Assembly: GCA_965202585.1 (NCBI GenBank)
Contig: OZ241826.1
Coordinates: forward strand, 80,166,001 to 80,230,000
DNA: 64,000 bases
DNA from: Thalia democratica
Taxonomy: Eukaryota
Reading direction: 5' to 3'
Shown: positions 13,239-26,000 of the stretch, piece by piece
Layout: each line of letters opens with the position of its first letter
Position numbering within the stretch: the stretch's first letter is position 1
The notes under the pieces: generated by a model
What the model saw: the letters and a program-made list of their open reading frames with translations, nothing else
What the model was told of the DNA's origin: nothing
The model's database searches: none
Program-made: the position numbers and the translations under genes

Positions 13239-16200
13239 AATTATCTCAATACTATAGTTTATTAAACGATAAAAAGACGCTCGAAATATTTAATCTTTGG
13301 ACCTGGTGTACGAAGAAAACTTTCGGTTATCGAATCGCACACCACTTGGATACCTTTTAACGTCTTGTCCAGGACTTAAATAGTCTTTAGTACGACTTTA
13401 GTAGTCAAAATGAAATGTTACTAAGGATTTTCACTTTTTTTCTCGATTGAAAACTATATTGTTTTTAAAACAAGACTGATAAAAACGTTAGTTTTGTGTA
13501 GTTTATCTTGTTAAAACATACTGAAAAAAAGGGAGTGCTACTTGTAGCGAATAATTTTTCGATAGTAGAGAAATTTAACTGAATGGGAACAATGTATTTG
13601 AAACTTTGTCAGTAAAATAATATATAATAAATTTTATCTTTCCTATTGTAGTATTTACTTGTGTAGAAGTTGTCGTTACGGAAAAATGTGTACTAGTAAA
13701 AAAATGTGTTGTATGTTTGTAAAACTTATTTTAATGTAAAAAAAATAGTCTATGGAATCTTACTGTTGATTTTTTGTTATTGTTTTAAAATTCAGTAATA
13801 AAATGTTTAGTAATTATAACTGTAAGTAAATTGAATCTCTAAAAACATTAAAATACTTGCATGGTATAACTTTTTTATTTTCAATTTTATCATTATGAAT
13901 TACGTCTTATAAAGTATGTTTTTATAGTTCGTCTGAAGCAATGTTTTTAAAATTTAACAATGTACTTAGTATAAAGCTTTTGGAAATCGTATAATCTTAT
14001 ACAGGTAAATTTTTAATTTAAAGCACTTCAAAAATAGTTTTTACTAAATCACGACTGTTCAACTACAATAAAATATTATTTAACGACGACAATAGTAACT
14101 TTAGTAAAAATAAAAGTTTCTACGCCAGTTTATATAATAGCATAATATTTTATTTTGGTATAAAGTTTTACGACTTTTTATAAATTTAATAACCACTCCC
14201 CTCTGCAGCTAAAAGTAAACAATTGTGCGTAGCTAAACTTTTATTTTCACAACTAAATTTGAAGCTATTAAAAACATTATAATCATTTAAACAATGTTTT
14301 AAAGTGAATTATAGTATTAAAACAAAACTCAAAAAAATTAGAAAAATTGGTTTTGAAACTTAATGTTTTAAATACAAACGTTACACAAAAAAGAAAATTC
14401 TTAACAAAATAAAAACTTTTTATTTATATGCAACAAAGTAAAATACTTAAGAAATAAGAATTCTTCTTACTGATTGTTATTTTTAACAAAGATTTGTTAC
14501 TGAACGTTAACTATAAAACAGCACAACTTTTAAAGATTATATACTTTTAAAACTGATATTATTTATACTAAAGCTGTTAATTTCTCATATTACTAAAAGT
14601 AATTGTCTTTTTTTGAAGCTTAAGTAACTCATGTAAACTCAAATGTAATAAAAAATCCTGTTGATGATCAATCTACCATCGTAACATTATGAAACTAAAT
14701 AATAAAAAATAATGAAGCTTGTTTCAAAACATATACAACACAACTTATTATTTACTCAACAAAGTATTTGCAAAAATTTGAGTCTGCTGTTAAAGGAGTA
14801 AGTGGCGAGATATAAAATTTAAAAAGAACAACCAAAATAAGCCTAAAAACTCATTTTGAAGCCGCTTGAAGTACACTGAACTAATAGAATATCAAAATTG
14901 TAATATCTTGGCACCGAAGCACGCTTTAGACCAGTATGCTAACCAAAGCGACTGTAAGGGAATCGTAATTCGATTTTCCCAAAGGCCTTACTACATCGCC
15001 ACTCACTCAATATTACATTCTACTTTTACAACTTTCATTTAAGGAGTTCAAGTTCAGTTTATCTACTATGGCGCGAAAAAAAACCTCGCGGTTTAACTGC
15101 CACCGAACTTTGCGAAATGATGTTCAACGAGCTTTGAAGCGCTAAATACAGGTAGCATATCAGCATGTAACTGAATGCACTGCAGATTAGCGGTTTATCC
15201 TTCTCCCATGGGAAATACTTCCCGCTCGAAATTCCAGTGAGGCTTCAATTTGATGTATTATTTTTTTTTCACGAGCGTGCGATCGGTTGTTGTTTCGTTC
15301 GGAAAATTAGAGCTCGGGTCATGAAGAGTATATAGTGACGTCACAATAGCAGATGGCTTAACAAAACATTTTTGCCACACTGCTTTTTGGTCGTTTAAAA
15401 CCTATCCCGTTTTTTTCTCGACGATTTTTGTTTAACTATTTATATCTTGAACAAAGTTACTTCTATGAAAAACTTTTAGGGAAAATTAAATTAAGTAAAA
15501 CCTTCATGAATTTTTTTGCAACCTCTTTTGAACTAAACTGTGAACTTAAGTTTTAAGACTAAAAAACTAAACACTGCCGCAGACTTGCTCACTTTCAAAA
15601 AATAAAAACAAACAGCCACTTACCGTAAAAAAGCACTCGTGTGTCGAAAACGCGACGTCGCCACAAAGAAAAAAAAGAGAAGGCAATAAAAGGCGGCAAT
15701 AAAAGCGAGTTTCTCCCAACCGAGCACGCAGCGAGGTTATTGCTTCCTATGTCTCTCTGCGACCACCTAAAAAAATACGACCCCTCGTAGCTCGGCAGCA
15801 GATTTTAGTTTGCACGGGCTAAATGTTGAGGGGTGGCGGCTTTGTTTGAGAGTCGTGTGTGATCTTTTCGACGTCTTCTTTCACCCTTTTCACTTTCGCA
15901 GCGGCTGCTGTTAAAAATTTGCGCGTTGTAAAAAGCGGCGACGACGCGGAGAGAGGCGGCGGAAAGAAGTGCATTCGACGGCCATCGACGAGCAGAAGCT
16001 TTTTATTTTGTAGCAGAAGCAAAGCGAGACGGCGGCTTTGGAAGCTTGTCGAAGTTTTGAAAATCGAGATTGCCGTCGTTGGCGGTTTATGAGCTGTTTC
16101 TTTTGAAAGTGTTTGTTTTACACTTCTATTGAGCTTTGTTTTTTAACATTTTTGTTGCTTTGAATTTTCAGTTTAAATTTTTCAAGTAAATAGATTAACT

Positions 16201-16979
16201 TTATTGTTTACTTAAACGATGATATGATCAAAATTTTAAAAGAAGTACCTTAAGTTTTTTAATAAGTTTTATATCGGGTTTTGTAACTCTGTTGAAAATC
16301 AGACTTAAATATTAAAAAAAAATTCTGAGTAAGTTAAATGAAAAATAATAAGTAATTTAATTTGGAAAATTTTTAAATAGATTTTAGCAAATTGATTTTT
16401 AAAGTAAAATTTTCAAAGATTAAAAACCATACAGTAAATTATTGATAATTGATGTACTCGAATTATAATTACTATCTCTTTTTATCTACAATATAAATGT
16501 TTTTTTTTTTTGTTTCTTAAAATTTTTATAAGCAAATAAAAATACAATTTCAAACAACTAAACTTTATAATGCAAACAATTTTTATGGAAATTTAAAAAA
16601 TGTTTTGTTTAATTAACACAAAGTAACTTAAAACCATTGTGTATATACTTTTTTGTATTATTATTGCTAATTGTTAAATCTGTTGAATTTATAGAATAGT
16701 TTTACTTTAAAATCCTGAACTAACAACTTTATAGAATGTTGTCATTTATGTTCTATTACTTGAGTACAGCAATGTTCACTGGCAGAAAAACAATTATAGT
16801 AAATTAATTAAGCATTGAATAAAAACGTAAAATATTTACTTCGTAGCGAATAAGTAGACTAAATAAACAAAAGTAACAAAAAATTAAGCGACGCCTTAAA
16901 AACATTTAAAGTGTTATTGAACTTCGGGCTTTTTGAAAACTTCAACGAAAGAAAGCTCATCTTACACAATAACCACCAG

Positions 16980-18190
16980 CGAGACTTCATTAGCGACCCT
17001 TTAAAACCACCCCCACCCCCTTTTAAAAAGTCATCGCACACAGCGCGTTATCTCAGCAGCTAGCTGCCTTTTCCTGCTTCATGAGTAACAAGGCAGCTTG
17101 CAAGTGAACGAAACGAAGGGATAATCTCAGTGAGCTAAAAAACAGCGAAATTAGGTGAGGGCAAGTTGTATGTGAATGATTGGCGAAAAACTATTTTGAA
17201 CTCGAGCCTTCTCTTTATGGCTTCCAAGTGAAGGCAGCTCCTCACATGCGGCTAATTAAAGGCGCCGAATTAGCAGGCGTTTAGCTGGCAGCTCGTGTTT
17301 TGCGTTTGGAGGTTGATGTTGGCTACTTTCATAAAGTTATAATCTCTGATGGGCGTTTTGAATGCTAGCAGAAGCCATACGGATTTCTTCCATAACATAT
17401 TTTTTCCTTGCGCTTTGGATAAACTAAAAAAGACTTTTCTAGCAAGCAAAATGTTAACTGATATACCATTGATTAGTATTTTTATAAAACTTAATATTTT
17501 CTAAGCAATTAATATAGTTTTTGAGCACTCAAAATCATTCAATTTCAATGCACGGTATTCCATCAGCATAAAAATATTTTTACAAAAATCCAGCAAATTG
17601 GCTGAAAGCGAAAATACTTAGGAAGGCAAAAAAAAATCGAGACAGACAAGTGGTATGCCGAAAACTGTCGCCTGTTCAGTTTCCGAACACAAAAAATCAA
17701 TCTGTCGCCGACATCGCTAATGCCACCTCGCCTCTTTATCCGCTAACCTCAAGACACGCGATTTAAAAGTCGCTTTCAGCTACCACACACAACGCGCCGC
17801 TAATTTCTTCTCTCGCTAATTGCCAGCTCGTTAGAGGCTGTCGCTGGTTTTTATTGTTTTAAAGAAAGAAAAAATGCTGTTCAAAGGGGCGGTGATTTTT
17901 GCTCGGTGTGTTTTCAGTTGCGTGTTTTATCGCAAACACAAACAATGAAGAGAGCTGTGGTTTTTCGCACAACGCGGTGCTCGGTTTTTTGTGTTTACAC
18001 AGCACGCTACTGCTAACACGATTTCGCCTGTTTCGCCGAGGTCCGTTACCGCGAAACAAATCAAATTAATTATCGTTCATCACGATAACCAGTTGCCAGG
18101 CAACGGAGCTGATCGCAATCTGCCTTCACTCGTGCCTCCTCCCCGGTCGTCGCCACGGTCTAAGTCGGTTGCCGTGGTAACGAGATGCTG
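16980..18190 (+). promoter_or_regulatory. CpG-rich regulatory island with two X-boxes; partner of the inverted copy at 3990-5070
   Basis: GTTGCCAGGCAAC 18092-18104, GTTGCCGTGGTAAC 18168-18181 and several TAATTA cores. It lies ~750 bp upstream of the orphan exon at 18931. Confidence 0.6.
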
Positions 18191-18930
18191 AAAGGAGCGC
18201 GTTTGTCTCAAGTCTTCTAGATTATGATTTTTCTAAAGATATTTTTTCTTTTTTAAAAGTTGTTAGATGCGATGTTACATTTTGTTTTCTAAAGTGTCTT
18301 AGGTACTCTATGCTTAATTAATTCTAATTGAACATTTACAGTGCTTTGTTTTTCAATGAATAATATATGTAAAACCGTTTTTTATAGTATAAATTCTTAT
18401 ATATCCTTTTTAATTATTCAATACGCGTAAGTGTAGTATTCACAATTTTTAAAGTTGTTGATTAAGTTGTCGTTTAGGTAGTGTTTAGGTTAGAGGCATT
18501 AAATTATAATGCATTGAAAAGAAATATTTTTGTAGACTCTTAAATATCTTTTTCAATTTTTTTTTACACAGTTTTAAACTAGTATTTAGTAATAGTTATA
18601 ATATTTACTATTTGTTATAAATTATTCTAGGTACATTGAAAATAACAATTATCTTATATTTATTCTATTTGTTTGTAAAATAATACTTATTTGTAAGTTA
18701 ATCATAAGTACTTGTGTATTTCATACAACAAATAGAATAAAACTGAGAATTGTAAAAAAAATTGTAACATAAAAATAAATTTTAAACAGATTGTTTTTTT
18801 GTAATGTTTCAAAAATATAATACACCTTGCGAAGAATACATTTTTAAATTACAAACATTTATTAATCACTTATAATACAGGTAACCAGTAAAAAAATAAA
18901 ACTTTTAATTAAAATAAAAACAATCTAAAT

Positions 18931-20814
18931 ATGGGTTCTTCAGCAGTTCCGGGTATTTCTCCCGATTTATCGACAATTTTAAGCCAATCAGGTGCCGAGT
19001 TCGGGAATTTCTTTTCTCAACCCGACCTTGCCAGTATGTGGATGCTTAACAACCCGGCAGCCATGTTGCCTGGTAACCCGTTTCCTGGGGGATTTCCGGA
19101 AATTCCCTCTAATGACGGTGGGATGAATGGGGCTAAGCCGCAAAAAGGTGATGAATTTTCCGGGTTCGACCCGCAACGATTCGGAAGCCCGAACCAGGTT
19201 AACTGGTGAGTATTTAAACAAATTATTAAACACTAAAGTAAAATAAAAATAAAAATGTCTTTTTATCAACTGTTGAAAATGACTATGGAAGTTAAGTTTT
19301 TTGTATTTTTTCAAATTTCGAAAAATTATACTAATTTTATTTAATAAAGAAGTGTTTTTTTAAAATAAGTTTTATTGTTTAGCTTTTTTGTGTGGTAGTT
19401 CTTTAAATATATTTATACTCTGATATTACAGGTCAAAAGACAAACATATGAACTTATTAACAACCATAAATTTTACTACAGACTTAACTGGAAAAAATTA
19501 AAATTGATTCACTCAACCGCGCACAAACTTTGTTTAAAAGATAATATGAAGGACTATTAAATATACTTGAACTTGTTTTAAACAATAATAAACTTTTTAA
19601 GTTCAAAGTAACACCAACTGATAAAGTTGTGTCTTTCAAAATTCACCGCTAAAGACTATAGAAAACTAATTCTCGAAAACATTTACATCAAAAAAGCTTT
19701 TTCTTGAGAAAAATCTTGAAGCTTTAGACTTGAAGGTTTACTTTACCGCGTCTGGAGGAAACTTAAAGCCGCCTTCGCAGACGTCGGTGATTTTCGTCAA
19801 ATCTGGTTAAGTAAAAGTGCGGAAGTACTGAAAGCGGGACGACCCGGTTGCCAAGCAACCATGCCACCTTGGTTACCATGCGAGAGACCACAAGCGTTTA
19901 TCTGCTTCATTGCAGCTCGCAACTTGGCAACCGTTGCTAAAAAGGTTGTTTACATGGCGACGTGGTGGGCTCCTCGGATGTGTTTTTACTGCCGCGTGTG
20001 TGGCTGGTTGCTATGGCAACTGCTGACTTGTTGAGTTGTAACAACAAAGAGCTTGTACCATTGATATATTCGCTGTTTGCAAAAAAAAAAATTGTTTAAT
20101 TTATGTATTCAACTATTGTCAAAAACTTTCTTTTTGTTCGATATGTGTTTTTTTCGATGTCGGTTATTGTATTTTAAAGTTTTGCTGGCTAAACATCTTT
20201 AAAACATAAAACTTTAAATTTTTATACTTTTTGAAACTTTCTAACGAACAGATAAATTTTTTTATGAAAGTATACTAAATTTCTAAAATGGAGTTTCTTG
20301 TTGTTTAAAAACTAATGCTTTCAGGTTACAAGTTCTAAATCTGATGAACTTGAATAAGAAACAAGAAAGTATTTTGCCGTTTCCTAATATGCCAATGTTC
20401 GACAACACAACATTTTCACGGTAAATATTTGAACTAATAAATTTATAACTAAAGAAAAGTAATTAACATTAGTTTTTGAGATTACTTGAAATAGATTTTT
20501 TTTACTTAATAAAAATTTTTTTGGTTCCAAATGAAAGTTTTGAAATTTATGAACAATTAAATAAAACATTTTTCAACCTTAGTACTGCTTCTAAATAATT
20601 CCTTTTTTTTATAATATTTTCTATTTCTCTTCTTTTACACAGCAACAACGAGCTCAATCATCTTCAGCTGGGTTCCACGCAGCAGAGATCAACTTCCGCT
20701 ATGACGTCATCGCCAGAGCTGTCATCCACGACTTCCGTTGCTGAATGTCAGCAGCCCCCGGTTGTAACTAGTAGCAACGGAAAAAGAGTCGTTACTCCTA
20801 ACAACAACAGTTAG
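18931..20814 (+). CDS. Two-exon orphan protein, 148 aa, Pro/Gly/Met/Phe-rich then Ser/Thr-rich, no recognisable domain (may be the 3' end of a longer gene)
   Basis: GC-rich exon 18931-19205 (aaatATGG context) ends at donor TG|GTGAGT. It joins acceptor ttttacacag|C at 20643 in phase 2, and the frame stays open to TAG at 20812-20814: MGSSAVPGISPDLSTILSQSGAEFGNFFSQPDLASMWMLNNPAAMLPGNPFPGGFPEIPS...QVNCNNELNHLQLGSTQQRSTSAMTSSPELSSTTSVAECQQPPVVTSSNGKRVVTPNNNS*. An alternative acceptor (ttcttcag|) lies just inside the ORF start. Confidence 0.55.
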
Positions 20815-22199
20815 TTCAGTTAAACCAAACAGTGTTGTGTGCATAGGATGAAAAAATCGATTTGAATTTGAAAGTTCTCATCTGTATTAAGCTTTTTTTA
20901 TTAAGTTAAATCAGTTTTATCTATATAGTGTTTTCTTTATATATAGACGTATGTCATTTTCATTTGTTAGAAGTAAAATAATTCTTTCAGACTTGAAGAA
21001 AAAAGTAACAAACTGCATTTAAAGAAAGCTCATTTTAAACAAGTTAAAAGGCTATTAAGATTACTTAAGTTTTTTAAAGGTTAATAGAAGTGAACGATTG
21101 TTTTAATTATCAATGTTTGAACTTGTTTAAAAGCATTAACTACTAAACAAAATGATATCAAGTGCATAAATGTACAAACAAAGTTTAACAATTAAATTAT
21201 TTTCAACTTACATTACACAACTTTCATAAAGTTTTGTCAGACGCACAAGCTTTGAACATTTTAGCCAAGTTTAAATTCAACTTGTCGGTCGTACAAACTC
21301 GTGCGTACTTGGGTGCTCGGCTCAAAGGAGATTTCAGTAACTCCGGTGCCAAAGGCTGACACCGCGGATTAGCGCTAACCTTCCTCTTTGTTCCAATCTT
21401 CCCCGACAAAGTAAAACCCGACACTGCGCAACGCTGATGTGATTAACTATTTCAGACGAGAAGCAGAGAAGAGATTTCTTGTTGTTTTGTTGTTTGCGGT
21501 TTTCAACAAAAAGCTGCTCGCGATATGCGGGCACAGGTTAATACAGAAGAGCTTACTTCCAGCATATTTTCGTTTAAGGATTATGGAAGCGCTTTTCTTG
21601 TTTTTTTTTTTATGGTTTTCTTTGATTTTCATAAAAAAATGTAAGCTTGATCAACTTTATTAGTTTAATCAGAAAATTTTTACTCTTCTCTTAAAATTTT
21701 ACTGTAGTTTTTGTTTTTATATATCTAAAATAAAAAGCTAGCAACAAAAAATGAATGACAGAAAGGTTCGCGGGTAGGCAAAATCCCGCATGAAAAAATT
21801 CCAAGTTTTTTCTTTGCTAAAAGATTTCGCAAAACCTTTTACTTTCTTCCATACTAATTAAGCTGCACCTCGCTAAGATTTTTAAAACATTGAAAGGTCG
21901 ACTTTTCTCGCGATGTGTGTTTTTGAAAAGCGTTAAATCACGGAACACGCCTCTGAAATCAACTAAAAGCTTTGAGTGGCGCGGCGAGCTAAGTTGGCTT
22001 CTTATCTGCCGTTCAATCATTCAGTGAATTTTGGCGGTAATTATTTCGCATTGTTCGCCTCACACGTCTCAATAGAAAGAGGCTTTCAAACGGCCGCAGC
22101 AAAAAAAAAGCGAATATAAATCTGGCGCGGCGATAAATAATGAATAAATGCTTCTCGTCATTCGATCCTCAGCTGTCGAGCGGCGCTTTGTAACAAAGA

Positions 22200-22781
22200 A
22201 AGCTGGAAAGCCTGTTGTGTGACGAGAGCGAGCACATTTGACACAGAGACCATTATGACGTCACAGCGAACGTTGTTTGGCGTGCTAGCGGCGGCCAAAA
22301 ACTTTCCAATTAGCACGAAGCGTCGAGCGGCGTTCTCTTTTTTTTTTTGCAAAGTGCCGTCAATGTTTGTATATCGCACCCTCGTTGACACACAAAAATT
22401 CGATTTCGTTTGTACAGGCAGCTACGAAATACAAACATTGAAAACTGGTTACGTTTGTTCGCTTCCTTCCGCGTCACTGTCGAGATTATCTGCTGCCGTC
22501 GCTTCTTCTTTTTATCACCGCTCTTAATCCTTTGTCACGTCATTGCAGCTTATCTCTTCGGCTTTTTCTTCTCGTCTTTTCTGCGTTGCCAATGGCAACT
22601 TTCGTCGGTAGAAGCGTTGCTAGAGGTCACCATTGGCTGTCTTCCGTGTCTAATTTATCGATTTACGAGCTTCCTTTCCGTTCAAGCTTCCTTTCAAATC
22701 GCAACCTGCGAGTGTTTTGCCTTTTCATTTTGTTTTTTTTTTCTCGGAAAACAAATTGAAACTGAAAGGCAACTGTCGTCG
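22200..22781 (+). promoter_or_regulatory. Probable promoter and non-coding first exon of the SAND-SAM gene
   Basis: CpG-rich island containing TGACGTCA (22256-22263), X-box GTTGCCAATGGCAAC (22585-22599) and ATTGG (reverse CCAAT, ~22632). It ends at a strong donor CG|GTGAGT (22781/22782) that can join the acceptor CGCAG| at 23048/23049. In-frame TGA codons upstream make this exon UTR. Confidence 0.7.
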
Positions 22782-23074
22782 GTGAGTATTTGAAAACAAA
22801 CGTTGCATGTTATTACTATTAGGTGCTCACTCAAAAATTTAAAAGTTCAAGATTTTCATTTCCTAATATTATTACAAGTGAGTCTGACCATAGAACTGTT
22901 AACCAAAACAGGCTAAAAAGCTTAACAAAGACGATTTTGATCAGACATAATACATACATTTATTTCTAAAGCGATAAAATATTAATGTATAAAATTATTT
23001 AAACTTAAAACTAAAATCTGTTTAAATGCAAGTTAAAAACATCCGCAGATTTGATAGAAAGTTCAGTGAGCAAA

Positions 23075-26000
23075 ATGAGGCTTCAAAACCGGTTTCTAGG
23101 GGCAACCAGCCATCACCACGTGGCAACGGAGGGTTGCAGGTGGACGGTGAACCTGCCGAAAGGTCACGTGAGCAGCTCGGAGGTGGAAGTGAAGAAGGAC
23201 GAAGGAGGAGAGGAGTTTTTGGAGGTGACTTGCGGCGACAACAATGCCCTCCTCTACATTGCAAGACTCAGCCAGGGTAGCAAAGGTGGGATTATGTTAA
23301 CAAATATTTGTTTAGGTTTTATATTATTTTGTTCCTTACTTAATCTATACATAAATAAAAAAAAACTATAAACTAAATTAGTTGGAATTAATTGTTATCG
23401 TTATGAAAAAATTATTTAAAGTTAAAAGACCTGTTCGTCAGTACATTTTTATAAAAATAAAACTAAATCGGATTAGATATTTTTTTCTATTGTTTTATAA
23501 ATATGCAATGTTTAAAGCTGCTAAATATTGATTTAGGTAGGATACTTTGTTCTTTTCTAGTTAACTTCTTTGCTACATAAGAGCAAAATTATATTTTTGT
23601 TCAAATAAAAAGTTGATTTGTTATAGAAGTATACAATATTCAAGCTTTTTTTATTTTATTTTTAATTTTACGAATTTGTGGTCCTAATAAAGTTTATAAA
23701 AACAATTTAATTAAAAGAAAAATGTTAAATAGTCTATTCAAACACCTTAAATTGTCTTTCAAACAAAACATAAGCGTAATAACTTTTAAAGTTTACCTAA
23801 ATGTATGTAAAACATATTTTGAAATTATTAATGCACTGTGCAAAATCATTATAATAGCTCTTATATCTATTTGTTTTAAGTATGCATAAGAGTTGTATCA
23901 ATAGATGTTTTATATATTTAATATAAACGTTGTCAAGAACAGTAAATAATAAAAGTCGAAGTCAGTTTTAAACAAAATCTATAGAACTTCAAAACTTAAA
24001 AATATGTAGTAAATTATTTTTAGGCTTATGTAAAATATAGGCTTAAAATATGTTGTTATTGACACACAGTTAAAAGTTCTGCAAAGAATATTGCAAACCA
24101 AAATCACGAGCGCAAAAAAACACACTAGCTGCTAACACACAAAAGTATTTCTTTGCAATTTAATTACCTTCTCGCAACGCAGACTATTCCTTATGCATCG
24201 CCTCGTTTTTTTTCGTTTGTTTGGCGAAAACGTAAAAATCCATTCAATACTTCCGCTCGTGATTTTTTAGATAAGTTTTCTTTTCATGTTTAAGTCGATT
24301 TTTGCTCGGAGTGCCGTCTCTATCTGTTAATTGTATAAACGTTTTTACGTAAAACAAAACTGAGCGAAGTTAAATGGTATTACTGTACTTATTTGTTTTA
24401 TGTTTTATACGTTATATTTAAAGTATTTAATGAAAATAAACTTTTTTATATAATTTTTTTAATTGTTTTATTACAAAGAAAATAAGCAGCTCAACAGTTT
24501 TTTCAACGTTTCATTTTGAACTTTACGGATCTTAACTTTACAGGCAAGTCAATTCTGTACGAGCTTGGGGGCAAGCAGAGCTGGATGCACCCCAACGAGT
24601 TCCAAGCGATAAGCGGAAGGGAGACTGCCAAGGATTGGAAGAGGAGCATCAGACATCACGGGAAGAGTCTGAAAGCTCTCATGTCGAAATCGGTGATCAT
24701 TCATCATCAGAACGAATGCGAATGTGAATGGTGTCTGAAGAACATCCCCTTCTTCGCTCAACAGCATGTTTATATTTAAAAATATTTACTTGGTAGCAAT
24801 CTCAAACTGCAATGTTTTTTTTTATTTTGAGATAGTACAAAAAATGGTGACTAGCATAAATTTTGTCTTATAAAAAAGTAACAAATAGACAGTGCTTTCC
24901 ATACAAATAAAAAAAAGTTTTAAAAATGTTATCAAAAAAATAAAGAGTTTTAGTTAACAGCACCAAGGGTCAAACAAAACTGATTAGTATTTTAAATTTT
25001 TGAATTAATCAATATTTGATGTAGATTTGTTTTTTTAATTTTTATAAGTAAGCAAAATTATCAAACAGACAAGTTCTGCTGAAGGTGACGTGCCAAATAA
25101 AATCAGCCATATTTTTCCTTCTACCATAAACAACCAGCGGGAAGATCTTGATAACGTCAGTGCATGGCAACCGTTGGTTTCGTTGCCAAGCAACCTGCCC
25201 AGCTCTTCTTTGATGGGTTTCGGCAACTCGCCGTTGCTAGCCAAAATCAGCGAATCAGCGACCCGAAATTCCGCTTTCACTTGCGTTCAACCGTGTAGAA
25301 AAATGTATGTTGTTCGTTTTTCATTTAAATAATATTTTACTTTTTTCGGTCTATAAACCTTTTTTATCACTGTGTAATTCAATTTATAACATTTTACATG
25401 TCTATTTCTATGAAATAAATGCATTAAAAGTAAATTAAAAAAAAAACAACAAAATAATGTAGTAGAGTTTCACGTTTTTGAAGTTGAGGGGTATGTCTTT
25501 AATAATAGAGTGTTTAATCAGAGCTTCTCCGTCACAAATTGAACGAAAATCTCCATGTTCGACTGATAAAAAAGATAAAAGTCCTGCAACAAACGGAGAT
25601 AGACCTTCTAGAAAAAGATCACACAACGTTGAACAAAATCAGGTAGGAAACTTATTTGGTTGCGACAAAAATCAAATTGAAAATATTTGTTCACCAAATT
25701 ATAACTTTTTTTTCTTGCAGAATCAGTTTCACGAAGAAGCTGACGAAGTTCATCCAACTGTTAACAAGAAATCAAAAGTTGAAAACGGTTTATTTTTAAT
25801 TATTTGATTACACAAATTAAGTATTTTTTTTTTAAATCTGCATATGTTTTAGCGGTACAAAAAAATAAAATTTTTGAACAACTAAAACTGCATAACGAAT
25901 TTACGATATTAAAGTACATATTTTTTCAGATTTTCTGTCGAATTTACACAAAAATTCAATAAACTTCGACCATAAACAGTAAGTAGTTTATCTTGTTTTA

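Noticed and set aside
13300-13360. GGTTATCGAATCGCACACCA as a tRNA/SINE B-box
   Set aside because: No A-box or cloverleaf can be built, and no second copy is seen.
15819-16092. Opposing ORFs in the CpG island
   Set aside because: No domain similarity, non-ATG start for the + ORF, and low-complexity GC-rich composition.
22158-22793. Several overlapping ORFs (75-127 aa) in the island upstream of the SAND gene
   Set aside because: By-product of higher GC in a promoter/5'UTR; paralogous copies do not preserve any frame.
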